From the NCBI GenBank assembly GCA_040954595.2, contig CM082588.2, positions 2,578,144 through 2,642,143 of the forward strand: a stretch of 64,000 bases of DNA. The letters are read 5' to 3'. The notes under the pieces are model-generated. The model worked only from the letters and a program-made list of their open reading frames with translations. It made no database searches and was not told where the DNA came from. Position 1 is the stretch's first letter. Every line of letters starts with the position of its first letter. The translations under genes and the position numbers were made by a program. This document shows positions 1 through 14,100 of the stretch, piece by piece. This DNA comes from Balanoglossus misakiensis. Lineage: Eukaryota > Animalia > Hemichordata.

Positions 1-1799
1 GTGTTGAGGTACTTGACATCTCAGTGCCCCTTTCCCGCGAAAACAGCACGTGGTATACAACTGAGACACGATCATTTCATTACTGTGGCGTCTTTTCTCA
101 ATTAATTGAAATGATTGGCTGAATAATCGGGTGTCCAACCCGTTTATTAAGCTTCCCGCTGCAATAGTGCATAGATGTAACTATGGCGGTGCGCAACACA
201 CCTGCGTATCAGAATGATTAAAAATTCTTATTCGTTCGTCGGCCAAGAAACATCAGAAACAGACTTGGAATTATTACTCTTCAAGGAGCAGATGGAAGTA
301 TTTCGTCGTTAGAAATATCCTCAAGTGACAGCTCATGGGGCTTTAACGAAGAAGTTACATTTATCTTGCGAGTGGTTAAATATTCACAGCCCCCCAGAGC
401 GCAGACGATCAACTCGACCCTAATCCTCGAGAGTCTGTCTGTTGATATTTCGGAGAGACTGTTAAGAAGCGAATACGAAATACTTCGTCTATAAGCAGGT
501 TGAAAGAATATTGCTGTATGTTAGGTTAGACTTGGTCATGGTAACACTGCCGGCGCACCAAGAACACGTGATTACGTCAGTCGTTATATAGCATTCCTGT
601 TGATAACGCGGCTCCACTTCTCCGTAATTAAAATATGCATATATTTATTCAAGTCAGCACCTTGCGACTTTTGTCTATATACCTTGCCTGCAGCACCAGC
701 CAGATGCCGCCACGCGTTGATATCTGCCCTTATCATGTCACCGGAATTAAATCTTCGCCATCAGCCTATTTAAAGGCAATTGAGCTGGCGCGTTATCAAT
801 TCACTATCACATCATTTACAAGTTCACCCCGTCGTTTCCACGCCGCACAACACAGACAGCTATAATTGCCAAATGACCCCGTAGACATTTCATTCAGTGC
901 CTTAAAACCCCACATGAATATAAATTACACATTTTAGATAGGAAGATTTGTATGTATCTTATACCTTTCTATATAAGGTCACCGATATGTTCTTCGCTAG
1001 GGGAGGCTAGTGTGCGCAGAATGTAGAGACCACTTTGTTAAAAGCTGCGCAGATTTTTACCCTGGGTCTAAGACATTTCTTCGTCAGCCTCGTGGTTAAA
1101 GTTGTATGTGGCACGTTTTTCATGCTGTGTTTTAGCGTAAAGCTTGCGTCAAATGTCTCATAAATAAAGGAGACTGTTCCTGTCAAAGAATCGTATCTGG
1201 CCGCAATGAAAGCGTAATGATCTTGCTTGAATTTTGAATACACGGCTATGCCTACTTTTACATTTCCAATTCAGTATGCATGCCAAATTATCCCTTAATT
1301 GCATTATGCAGAATATTACGAATTCTCACATGAAATAAATAGGTGCGTGCTTTGAATTGATTTTCTTCAGCAAAACTCATTTTTGTTTGGTGTTATTCAT
1401 AATACGTATACCTGAAATAGTCGCGCGTTAATTATAGAACTCTCACTACTGTCTATGCACTCAGTCAGTTAAATTTTATTTCCCCGTAAAAGCTCCCTAA
1501 TTAGGTCACTGAGTTTCCGAGAAAGAATAAAACTGTCTCCTCAGTACATAATTTGACTCGAGAACCACTGCTGCTAATCACTACACTCTTGAGCAGATCT
1601 CGCGAAACACGGCAAAAATAAACACTTCACTGCCACGGATATTTTTCAAGGAAAATTTGGTCAAAGTAGTTTTCAATACCGTGCTTCCAAACATATTGTA
1701 CAAAATTAGTATATCAGATCTTATGTACTCGCTGTTTTTTCAAATATTAGATATTTCTTCTGTACTCATGTTTGTATTCATCTTTGCACACGGTGTTCA

Positions 1800-4480
1800 C
1801 TGAAGTCTGTTTTCTCCGGAGTCCCTCCCTGCACGAATGCGTTTATTATTGAAATCAATCGCTGCGTACTTTAAGAGCGCTTCTTCAAACTACATGCACT
1901 GTCGGTGCCGTTAATTAGCCACGGCCGCTGGCCATAACCAACATGCTTTCAAGAAGAGTGAGTGAAGGAGAACGCTTTCAAGCCCAGTCTCTTTGTAATT
2001 TCTTCGGTGACATTGGCTCTTGTCTGCTTCAACGACACACGATAAACCGAAACATGAGATGTGCCAACTGGGAATTCTCTCCCCAGTTCTATTTGGAACA
2101 ACAGACTAAACGTCTGGAACCCACTTCACGTCTGCAGGGCATATAAGCGCAACGACCGTGCCCACGATATAAAATGAAATGAAGAACAGCGAATAGACAC
2201 CACGAACTCCGACAGACAATTAAAGAATCAACGTGGTTCAAAATAACGTGGGCTTTCCCATACACGTGCCACACGCCTTGTGATTCCGCCTTAATTAGTG
2301 AACATAACAAAGCATTGCGTAGTACAAGTAGCCAGTACTTCCTGTTCGTGGAAAGTTAATCTTAATATCAGAAACTTCAGCGTGATTTAGGGTCTATCTA
2401 TGTGACACTCCGTTTATTCTGCTCAGTGAAACGTGTTAAGATGTCACAGAGTGGCACACTTGTACGAGCACCTTTAGTAGTTAAACGTTTCGTGCGCGCA
2501 GGGAATAAATTTCAAGCTACTTCTGACTTGCCCAAGCGCATCTCTCAGTTAACTGATAAAGGAAAAGTCTGACAGCCATGTTCAAATCGTAAACAATTTT
2601 TTTCCCAGGGATCAGGCTTTTCCCAGAATTCTAAATTTGTACATGTCTCTCGCCACTTCTTTGGAAATGTCAGTCGCGTTGCAAAAAAGGCTATTATGAA
2701 TACTCATCAATAGATGTGAAACCACTTAGACTTTTCACTTTCCACAAAGAATGGAAATGATTTTTGATTCGTTAATATAGGCGCCGTAGACATCAACTGA
2801 ACAGCGCGTGAGTGTTATGAACTGTTTCCATGGCAGCGTACCATAAACTTTTAACAGGTGTTTAAATCATTGACATTATTTCGGCGTCCCATTAATATGC
2901 ATGTGAAAACTACTTCTAGAAAAACATTTGGTGATATAGTTCCATATGGATTTGGCACAAAATTACAATATGATATTACGGACATTTTAAATTTAAGCAT
3001 ACTTCAGAAACACACTCGTTATTTCAAAATGTGTTATGAGTACACGGTATGCATCAGCTCGGAATATTTCAGACAACCACATCCCCTGTTACGAACAATT
3101 CTATCCGTTTGTATAGAAACCATAGGCAGGACGCTTAGGGATATCAACGCCTTTGTTCGCGCGTATCATAACGTGTGATCCGAGTTTTCTTTCCAATTAA
3201 CTAACTGCAAACTATTGGGCTGCCAGCATCATGTAGTGCATTTTGTCTGCTATTCTCTCGTCGAGTGAAATGAGACTCTGTTTGCGGCGTACACGTTTGG
3301 ATACCCGCATTGCGTTTCTGTATAGGTAATATATTGCATATTCTTGTATTTAATTTGAAAATAGCTGTGCTATTCATTTCTAAGAATTCCACGGTCTTTT
3401 CTTGATTATTTCTGTTGAATCGTCGAGCCATGGGTTGGTACCAGTAGAAGAAGCTATACCAGTGACACATGGAACGTGATAATTTTCCACTTCAAGAAAC
3501 CTGTCTCCTAAGATTGGTTTTACACTGTAAATCTCTCCTGGGAGTTGCATGGTACACATTTACACTCAAGAAGTACTGCTGTGTTTCAGATGACTACCAA
3601 TTGCCTGGTATATTGCTTCTAGCGGTCATATATATTTCATAAGAAAATATGTTCACAGTCTCTGTTGGGCCAGAGCTTGTGTTGAAGCGTGGTTTCACTG
3701 AGTATTGTAAGTCCTTCAAGATCCAAAGAGAGGTACAGTCACACAGGTCATTGTAGTCTAAGAGGCGGAACGTTGACGTCACTGATACACACGTCGTCGG
3801 GTAACAACAAGAGACGATGCATTTTAGCTAAGAGGTGTATTTCTTGGGATGGGGTATTTGACAGAATGGAATTAAGAAATAGCTATCCTGACCTAAACTT
3901 AGTCCCGTGATACCGCCCTCAAGTGGTAAAGGATCTCGAATCAGAGCGAGAACTTGTAAGCTAGAACCTTGAAAAATTTTGACTTTGTAGGCTGTATAAC
4001 GAAAGAACCACGTTTTTCGGTAAGCACGCGTATTTAGTTATTTTTATTTTTCCTTGGGAGTCGTGACGCCAAGTTATTTCCTAAGAGACTTGGGATATCG
4101 TAGCAATTACCATGGTGACGTCTACGTCATATGTGTATGTAAGGACTATCATGTTTTTTTCAACAAAATGGGCTTCGACATATTAAATTTCTGAAGTTAA
4201 ATTGGTTCTTTGACCAAATTGCTTTCGTCCCAAGGTAAAAAGTGAAATACAGATATGAATCAAGTAAATTCTATAAAGATAGCATTGCAAATTGTAGCAA
4301 TTTATTCTGAAGAGATTGAAAATGAAGATTATTGAACAATCTATATAAAATAACAGCGCTTCCCGGCGATGAAACTTGGAGAGCGGTCCAAAATGGCGGC
4401 GATTGAGGCGTTTCCATGCGACCGACCATTCCACAAGAACCCAGGTCCAGTTATGTGCTGTGTTGTACGATATCACGTCC
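1800..4480 (-). pseudogene. Possible heavily decayed intronless LRR/Toll-like receptor pseudogene
   Basis: Fragments in different frames, broken by stops and frameshifts, in TLR order on the minus strand. LRR-like: KRLNRRHFGPLSKF (about 4372-4413), TLGRKQFGQRTNLTS (about 4192-4236), KIFQGSSLQVLAL (about 3942-3980). LRRCT-like: DYNDLCDCTSLWIL (about 3717-3758). LRR-like: FHSLWKVKSLSGFTSIDEYS (about 2700-2757). YKCAT (about 2450-2464). TM-like: LIVCRSSWCLFAVLHFILYR (about 2164-2223). TIR-like: VTEEITKRL (about 1986-2012) and STQRLISIINAFVQGG (about 1824-1871). Pattern recognition only. Confidence 0.3.
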
Positions 4481-5159
4481 ACATTTGCGCTAAATGTCTA
4501 AGAGTAAATGTTGGAATGACAGAACGTTATATTGTTGTGTGAAGGGGTAGGATTTTATCCAGTCATTCTGCGCGTTCATAGTAGAAATATCGTGTCATCA
4601 ATGTGTCGGCGTGTTGTAGCATTATAGATGTTTACGTAGTTAAAAGTTGGGGTTTTTCGTTGAACTATTAGCGCTTTTAGACGTTTATTATGAAAGACAT
4701 GGAAGTGCGCGCTGTGACAATGGATAATCATTAGCAAGCGAACTAACGATGATAAAAAGCTCTTAATTGAAAGTGACACCTCTTCATCAAATGGCGAAAT
4801 GCCCGCAGCCGTCATTTCCTTGTTTGGACTGCCACGTGGCAATATCACAACGTGAACCATTTACACGTGGCGTACAAAAAGGAAATTGTCAGTGGAAATC
4901 CGTGGGCCTATTTTCCTTCTTCTGAGAATTACGCCTTGGTAACATGAATGACAGGCGAAAATCCGTATCGCTGATCATGATGTGTTAATTGCTATTCAGG
5001 GCCTTCGAGGCATCCCTTTTTCATGCAGCCCTATGTCAGTCGGTTTTGTCAAGCTTCTATCTCTTATATGTCACATTAATTCCTCATGCTTGATTCGAGT
5101 AAACAATGTGTTATATGGTATACACTTCAGTATAAGTGACATTCAACATGGTCAGAATA

Positions 5160-5330
<171 letters not shown>

Positions 5331-6442
5331 TGGTTTTTAAATAATACGCATTGATAATCAGAATGCAGAGATTTTTGACATGTTATAGGGAGTAAAACAA
5401 TAAACCGCAGTCAATACACAGAAGAAAACAAATTACAGATAATGCCCGTTTGATATTGGTTAGTTGTATAACAATTCGTGGTGTCAGTTAAGTGGAACAC
5501 GCATCTTCAATACAAAGGAATTAATTCAAAGGTGTGGTCTGTCGAGCGTTGGCGGAGAGAGACACGTGTTATGTACTTGTAAACGCTTTGTTCATAGTCG
5601 GTCATTAACATTTTGTATCGTGTGATATTTTGGCCACATTCGCATTTATTCATCATTCGATGATCGTCGGACACTGCGCCAACAGCTGTCTCGCCGGGAA
5701 GGATGCTTGTGAACCCGTGAGACACCCGGCCGACATCAGGTACAGGTGGCTTGTCATTTTCGCCCTGTAAGTGTGCCTTTTTTACTGTGTTGATCCAAAA
5801 ATCATTTCCTTCCTTCTGTGCAGTTCAAAGCGTTTTGATTGTAAGTAAGAGTGCCGTGCATGACTAAGGTATTTTGTTTTCCAACAACCCGAGTGGTATT
5901 CGATGGTTTTATTTTCAATCATTTTATTGCGTATTTGGAAAGAAAGAAAAACTGGTCATACTTCGTGACCTACTTTTTCAGTATATATTTCTAAAACTTT
6001 TCTCGATATCAATCTTTATAACCAATTAGCAAGGAAACGGAATACGCAACTGAAAATTGTGGAAAGACCTTTCCCGTAAATCGGCATCAGTCAGCTGCAG
6101 TAAAACATCATTTATTTAGTCAAGATATTTTCCTTTAGCGGTACCTGTATGTGGTCACAAATGGATGGCCTGGTAATTCGGCAGAGGTATTTGTAATATT
6201 TATAACCCAGTGATTGATATTTATAAGTAGTTTATTAATCCATAATGGTATATAACTGTAGCGGAAAAACTATTACGGCATCTGTCCTTTGTCGGTTCTT
6301 TGTACCAATCTGGAGTCAAGCGCGTTGGCATTAAGAATGCATGTACATGTACCTTGTACACTAGCACTTCAGAGACCCAGATGTGAACTGAATATGCTTG
6401 CGTGATTATCAGTTATTTTAATGTCGATAAAAGCCAGTAGAA

Positions 6443-6493
6443 GGACAGACAGACAGACAGACAGACAGCGAGAGAGAGAGAGAGACAGAGAGA
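6443..6493. repeat. Compound (GACA)n(GA)n microsatellite
   Basis: gacagacagacag... followed by gagagagag... Confidence 0.9.
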
Positions 6494-7792
6494 CATACAT
6501 GCATCGTTACGATATAAGCTCCATTGGTTTACTACGTGAGCCAACAAAAGGCTGATACTGGCCCAGGTACACTTTTTTCCAGTCATGTTATTTTATTTAT
6601 AAAAAGGCAGTCTAACAAGGTGGAAATAAGATGGGATGTAACGAGAATTTCTGCATGTGTTTCGCGCTCACATAACGTAAAGCCTAACATACATGTAAAT
6701 ACATGGCATTATGATATAACGACAAGCGCTTTTGTCTATAAACATAACTGCGTCGTATAAAGGTTTTTGGTGTTGTTGAATATCTGATTTGATTTATTGC
6801 GGGTCAGTCCTACATACAGCGCAGTATAAACCTACTAGGTCTGGAATGATCGCGTGTACACTAACAAGGTAGGAGCGTTTCCTTCGGTCTGGCTGTCCTG
6901 TTTTTAGCCGTTCTTAAGCTAATGTATCATTCAAACTTTCTGAGAATTCAGTTGATCTTGATTATATTTTCACGCACTTTTTCTAACTCAATCATGTACC
7001 TTTGTGTGGAGAGAGACCGCTTCCTCGTAGAGGTCAACTTCGCTTGTTCTAACGCACATGGAAGATGGCGCATTTCTGACATACACTCGCGTTTAGAGTT
7101 TTCCTAGAAGATACTGTAATGTGAAACTCACCTTAAAGTACACGCAAGACTGGTGTACACGCGTTTCGACAATTGCACCCGGCGTTTTACAGAAACAGAA
7201 CAATGAAACACGTTGCGTGATAGTTTTCGTGTGCAGACCCCGTTTTGTCCAGGGACATGAAAGACGAGGATTCACTTCAGACAGGTCATGTTTAATAAAC
7301 ATGACACTGTCGTGGTAAACACACGGAGTATACTCATAACACAAGTACACACTAACGCATGTATTGAACCGCGCCACAGATAAACTTTCTACATGGAAAC
7401 GCCGATTAGATGTAACATAGATCCTACAGAAAAAACAACTTGCCATCAGAGAGGGTGGCCTTGGCATTTTCGTCAATGCCCACGCTTTAAAATACCAAAC
7501 GGACAAACGTTTATATTCGATGCTACATAATTTCCTGGATCGTAGTCACTGTATGGCAATGATATTTACAAATTCTGAGTTCATTTCTTGAGAAAAAGTT
7601 GGAGCAACGTCCTTGTCGAGAGGTTTATGTAACATACATTGTAGGCAATTTTTCGCCTTTGCATGTGAACACTGCTGTGGCCTTAACTTGTCGCGTGGAG
7701 CTGGACTGTTTCGTTATATTCGTCATTATGATTATACACATATTCCTCTGACCTTCGCGTGGCAATGGTTGCTTTATCACATGATCAGATGA

Positions 7793-7833
<41 letters not shown>
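7793..7833. repeat. (TCTG)n tetranucleotide microsatellite
   Basis: tctgtctgtctg... about 10 copies. Confidence 0.9.
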
Positions 7834-8104
7834 AAGCTTACATCATATAGTTAGTTGTGGATGGGGAGGGGGAAATAAGCATGTTTGTTTTTCAGGGACA
7901 ATTACTTAGCCTCCCCTGTCGTTAATAAGTACAGCGTCATTTCCTCGATTTAATTTCACTTTTTGTGGTTAGTGTGTGTTAAAATTGCACATTTGGGACT
8001 TTTTGCACACTGTCAAACGCGTTGGCTGGGAGATAATCGGTACCGTGTGTCTATTTGCTTCTTCATTCACAGCCGAGTGCCACACTTGCGCCAGGACGTG
8101 AACG

Positions 8105-11100
8105 ATGAAGACATCCATCCACATTCTGCTTTGCTGCCTTGCCGTGCTCTCGAGCTCGGACACCGAATTCCAACGACTGCAGCCTCGGGACCCTGTCGGT
8201 AAGGATTTCGGGATAGCGATAAGCATCGGATGCTAGACTTGACTTCCTGACCAGTGTATCACTGACTTTGAATTTTTTTCTGCCTGATTGTCTCTTAGAA
8301 TAATGAAGAGACACTAGTTGTAACTGAATTGTTTCTTTGTTTTGTTTTTAGTTCGTCATCGTCAGCGTCGAAGTTCATTCTGTCTTGACGACGCTGTCAG
8401 GTGCTTGAATTCAACTCAGTGCATATTTCGGGACTACTTGTGTGACGGGGTTGAAGATTGTGACAATGGCTCCGACGAGTGGGAAGAGGAATGTAGTGAG
8501 TGTCTTTTATGATGCAGTTAGATGAAGACACATTAGTTACATTCATGCATACACGAATATATACATGTATATATTTACTAGCATGCAGTATGCAGGCAGG
8601 CAGACAGACAGACATAATTAAATATCTATTTTCTTAATTTTATTTTAATTTAATATCTATTTAAAATAAAACGTTTGCTTCACATTTGCCATTTGTAGCT
8701 GATTACAATGACCGAACTAATTGGGATCTAAAGATTGGCGACAAAGACGACGATTCTTCAGAAGAGGAAGACGATTACGGAAGAATCACAGGAGAGAGAA
8801 TCCTTTGTGGTATGTAGTGATTAAGTAATTAAGTGTGATTAGGCGCATCGTCAAACCACAAACACGTGCTGCTCGGCTGTGTGACACGTGTTGTCTGGGC
8901 AAGCTCTGGTGTACTGATAATAAATGTCCGCTCGCGATCTGCAGTTTCTTTGCATGTATTGCAAGGGGGTGGGGTGGGGGAGTAAGTCGTGGTTGATGAT
9001 AGTATGTGTCGCTCAATGTTCACTGGTAGTAGTGCTTATACTTGTATTTATTTTGCAAACTTTATTCCGCTCAGAAAAAGATACATATCCAAGCGTTTGC
9101 AACTGTACATACATTGACCTTGGCAACGATGGAATCGCCAATGGATCTTTTGGAAGCCAATACGAGCATTCCCAGAACCATATTCACCTGGATTGTTCCA
9201 GGCGAAACTTGACTGATGTTCCTGAGAATATACCTGAAAACGTCACCAAACTGTAAGTATTGACCATGCCACTCACAATACTACATGTAATTTATTCCGG
9301 CAAAATGGCAAAGATGTTCATACAATAGATGGACATACAGTTTTTAAATGCTGACACTGCATATACGTGAATAAGACTCTTGTCATGCAGAGTGGATATG
9401 GAATGACACAATGTTTTTCAATGTTTTTTCCGCTTAGTGATCTTCGTCACAATTTGATAGGAGCAATCAGAGAGAACGACTTCGCGGGGATGTTCGTGCT
9501 GAAGGACCTGTGAGTAATCGTCATAACTGTCACGTGGTTGAATGAGCCATTTATGATCACGTCAATTGAAACCAGGGCCTCTGATTCCGTGTTGAAGTTC
9601 ATTACCTCAGCAGTGTTATACAGTTTGATGTCATGTTGTTATTCAAGGTTATCTTGATCTGCAATTCCACGAAGGCCAAAAATCCGACAAGTTACTCTCT
9701 TTTCTCTTTCAGGCTTCTAGCGAAGAATAACATTACAGCAATTGATGACGATTCATTCAGTGACTTGCATAACCTGGAAGTATTGTAAGTACAACTTCGA
9801 TATTCAAGGCTTAGCTACATTAATAACATTGAAAATGCTTTACGTACATACCAAATTTACCTGTTTTGTATATTTTCAGAGATTTGTACGGGAACAAACT
9901 GACGTCACTATCAGGTCGGATTTTTGCTGCAATTAAGAACTTGAAGGACTTGTAAGTTGTTGTTTGAAATAGGAAATGCGTGTCATTTAATATCGCGTCA
10001 AGACATTTTAAAACTGACAACACAAGACAGCAGAGCACAGCACAATGCAGTGGAATGTTTGAACCGTGATTGGTCCTTCATTATACTCTCTCGCTTTTTT
10101 TCAGGAATTTAGGCTTGAACAAGATCTCGGAGGTTTCGGACACGGTCTTTGAAAATCTCGCCAACCTTGAGGAATTGTAAGTGCACTTGTGATGCGGCAG
10201 ACAGAAACTCGTATTTCAATCCGGTGGAACGGAAGTACGAGGATGTAAGGTCATGTAGGGGTCATGAAAATGGCGTATTCATGATAGCTCTTTGTCACCA
10301 TGAAAACACAGAGATGTCGTGTCACTTAAGATGTGGCTGTTATACTTGCACTTTTTGCCTGCATGGTTGCTATCACGTCACAGACAGCGTCACCCACCAA
10401 CTTCCATCCTGATCTTCGGTATAACATGGTGCGGTCCTGTTTTATATTCCACAGAGATCTATCTGGAAATGAAATTCGACTGCTCAGCGGAAATCTCCTT
10501 CGAAACCAAGGAATGCTGAAAAAACTGTAAGTTGCATAATTATATTCCAAATTGAATAATGTTTCGTAAATTAAATTTAAAAATCTTCCTAGCTGATAAT
10601 AGAGTCTAAACTCTAAAATGTAAAAATAAGCGCGACCTCTCTCAAAGAAGATGACTTTCAAACTAAAAGATGTCTAAAAAAACAAACGGTTGTTACCTCC
10701 TGCAGTAGTCCTTAGTGGGCGCTGTGCTAGTCTAGTCTACGCATGGCGAGGAACAGATTAAGCACAGCCTGTCGAATACGTGTACGTTGTTTGCAACCAT
10801 CACATTGTCCAACTGAATGTTAGCAGTAGCACTAGTGATCTCTCATTTCTACGGTTTTAGGTCGGATGCTCTTTTACTTCAAAACTTATCAGATTTATAG
10901 GCAATTATGTATTTTAAATTGATGCGTCGTTCCGCTGTATTTTAACCACCTGTTTATTGTGTATACATATTCAGGCAAATCAACTGGAATAGGCCAATGG
11001 AGATCGAGTTTGGTGCGTTTGACTACATAGGGAATTTGACTACACTGTGAGTACTAACGGGCTTGATGTTTCAAGTAAATTAGTCATTCGCATTCAGGAA

Positions 11101-14100
11101 TGTTTCGTTACACAATAACCTTCCGTAGTTAACATCTGTGAAGGGGAACGGTGTCACGTACTATTTATAGCTGAAAAACAACAACGTTACCGTCTTCATA
11201 AAACGAAGTGAATTCAAGTTTCAACGTGGTTTGTGACCGTCTTATTCCCGTTTTTCAGGCGTCTTATTGACAACGGCATCACCCATATAAGAAGTGGAAT
11301 CTTCCGAAAACTGAACAAGTTAACGGAACTGTAAGCTTTAACACGTTCTGTATTATCAGCTCTGTCAGAATTGTTCTCGTTGTGCCAAGAATTTGTGTGT
11401 ATTCCGTGTACTGAACACTCCATTTCAAACGATGCGAAAGAAGACAAAAAATTAAAGGAAAAATCTGCAAATCTAGTCATCTATCGGATAAAGTGACTTT
11501 GTCGGTGTGGTTCACCGCCCTTCACCCCAGACTTGTGTTTGTTTTTACAGTGATCTCGAGAGAAATCAAATTCTATCAATAAAGAAGTACGATCTCCAGG
11601 GACTGTATAACTTGACGTACCTGTGAGTATACCCACATAACAAGATTAAGAGAATACATGACATTTGGACTTTGCGGGGGATCTTTTTCACTTGTCAACA
11701 TGTCGACGTTTCAGTCTATCTCCATGTGGAATACGATTACGGTAAATAAGCCACTTATTCTGTTTTTCTGTTTCAGGCAACTAAGAAACAACACCATCAG
11801 CAGAATCGAATCAGGGGCGTTTGTTCATACCCCGAAACTCATTAAATTGTAAGTTTATGATGTGAAAATGTTTATTTTATTGCTTGTAGATTTTACATGG
11901 CAGAGCAAAACGCAGCCATGATGATTTTTGTCATGAATTATTAGACGTGCTTTCTTGCTTGCCTTCAGAACATTCAAATGAAGTTGAACATTAACGTACC
12001 TTTCTTATTAATTCTTTACAGACGCTTGTCCCTCAATACTTTGCCTGCTATCAAGCGAGATGTTTTCTCGGACTTACGAGAGCTACAGATTTTGTAAGTA
12101 ACAACTAAACCCTGAATAACTTGGTCTCATTTACATAAAGAGGACGCCCTCCCAAATAATCAAATGGTGTGGCATTCAAGATTACAGAGAATGAGAATCT
12201 GGTGTTCGTTTTTGTTCGCAGAGACGCATCCTACAATCAGATCGAAGAACTGGAATCCGGGGCTTTGTCGCAGTCTGGAAGTCTCAGTCACGTGTGAGTA
12301 ATCGGAGTACATATCCAATACATCGTATCTTTTCGACATGGCGGCGACTCGTACCTTCGGTGGCATATATGTAAATGATGACACGTGACATACAATGACG
12401 AGCTTCAGCTCAACCTGAACTGTGTGTCAAATTTATACCGCGTTCCATGGGACTGTTACTGTACTATTAAACTTCAGAAATAACTGAACCGAGACGTTTA
12501 TAAATTCTCTGAAACACATTGAGTGAAATCTGTAACGTTCACCTGTCTGTTCGTCCACGCGTACGCCCTCATACGTTCATTCAGTCATTCGGATGAATGT
12601 TGGAATGTTCAATGTTCGGGATCCTAAATAACATTGGATTTCTTAAATCTACCGCAGGCTACTCGCTTCCAACAAGCTGCCCGCCATCCACAGCGACATG
12701 TTCACGAACCTATCCAGCGTCACCAACTTGTGAGTAAATATTTTGTGTAGTTCTGTGCGTATGATCTTTTTCAAAGACGAAGGATTCAATAGGGCGCTTT
12801 CATGACCCCTATGTGACCTTCACATCTCATTCGCCTGAATCGTAATTGGTTAAAACTAGACCAGTGTCTTCTTCAGTATCATATGCATCGTGACCAATTT
12901 CAATTATGCCAGTAATTATTTGTTTCCTATAGGGACTTGCTGAACAACGAAATCAAATATTTGGAACACGGCTGTTTTGATGACATGGGGTCGCTGTACA
13001 CAATGTAAGTATAATATTCCATACAATATATGAGCTACGAATATGAAACACTCCACCCTTTCACATTTAGACTTTTCTAGGACGCACGTTTCATTACCAT
13101 TTTGCCTTCATCGACGGCGGGCCACCTGAGACAGCTAACTTGCTGTTCTTTCATGAAAGGCTTGAGGACAGGTATCGCATTTCTCCGTACCTCTCTCGCA
13201 GCTGCGGATTGTATTTAGTTAATCCAACTTTTCCTTGGCGGTGACGGTTTCTGTTTCTCACTTCCTTTCCAGAGATTTGCGAGAAAATCCGTTCACTGAA
13301 CTGGAATGGGGTCTCTTTGATCAAGATTCCTCCGTTGAGTGGGTGTAAGTACCATGATCTATTTTGCCTTTGCAAACCCAAGTGCATGTTAAGTGACCAT
13401 AAGGAGAGATTGTGATCTCCAATTTACAACATACACACCACAACATACACACACAAAGCATGTAACCCAATGTTTTCGATTTCGTCAACTGAATATTAGT
13501 GATGTAAATCACGAATGCATGACCACACATATGTGCAATGATGTGCCATGGCGAATCTAGAACCAACAGCGTCTATAAGTCTTCGAATGATCATGTGTTG
13601 GCGCAATTTTCCTGGCGTAGTTACCCCGTGAAAATCTGTTATTGGCTATAGATCTCAACTTGCCATGGTAACTGTGGCTAAAGGTCACTCTTAAAACAGC
13701 GAGATGGAAACAATGAATGAAAACTATGCACGTTGATGTTATGGCCAACCCCGTAGTTATTCCTTTGAGGCTGTGGAGTAAAGTTTGATCACCGCGTTCG
13801 TCCGTTTATGCAAGAGCAATTTTTGTTAATTTTTGTAGGTATTTTGATCACTTTTCATTGTGTGGCTACGTCCCGTACGTACGACACTGCTCTCCGCGCA
13901 GCGACGGAATATCCTCGCTGGAGAATCTCCTTGACAACATGGTGCTGCGCATCATGGTCTGGATCGTTGCCATGCTCGCCTTCATCGGCAACATCTTCGT
14001 CCTGATCGTCAGGTTCATCCTGAAAGAGGACAATCGCGTGCACTCATTCTTCATCATGAATCTGTCGTTCGCCGATCTGTTGATGGGGCTCTATCTGTTC

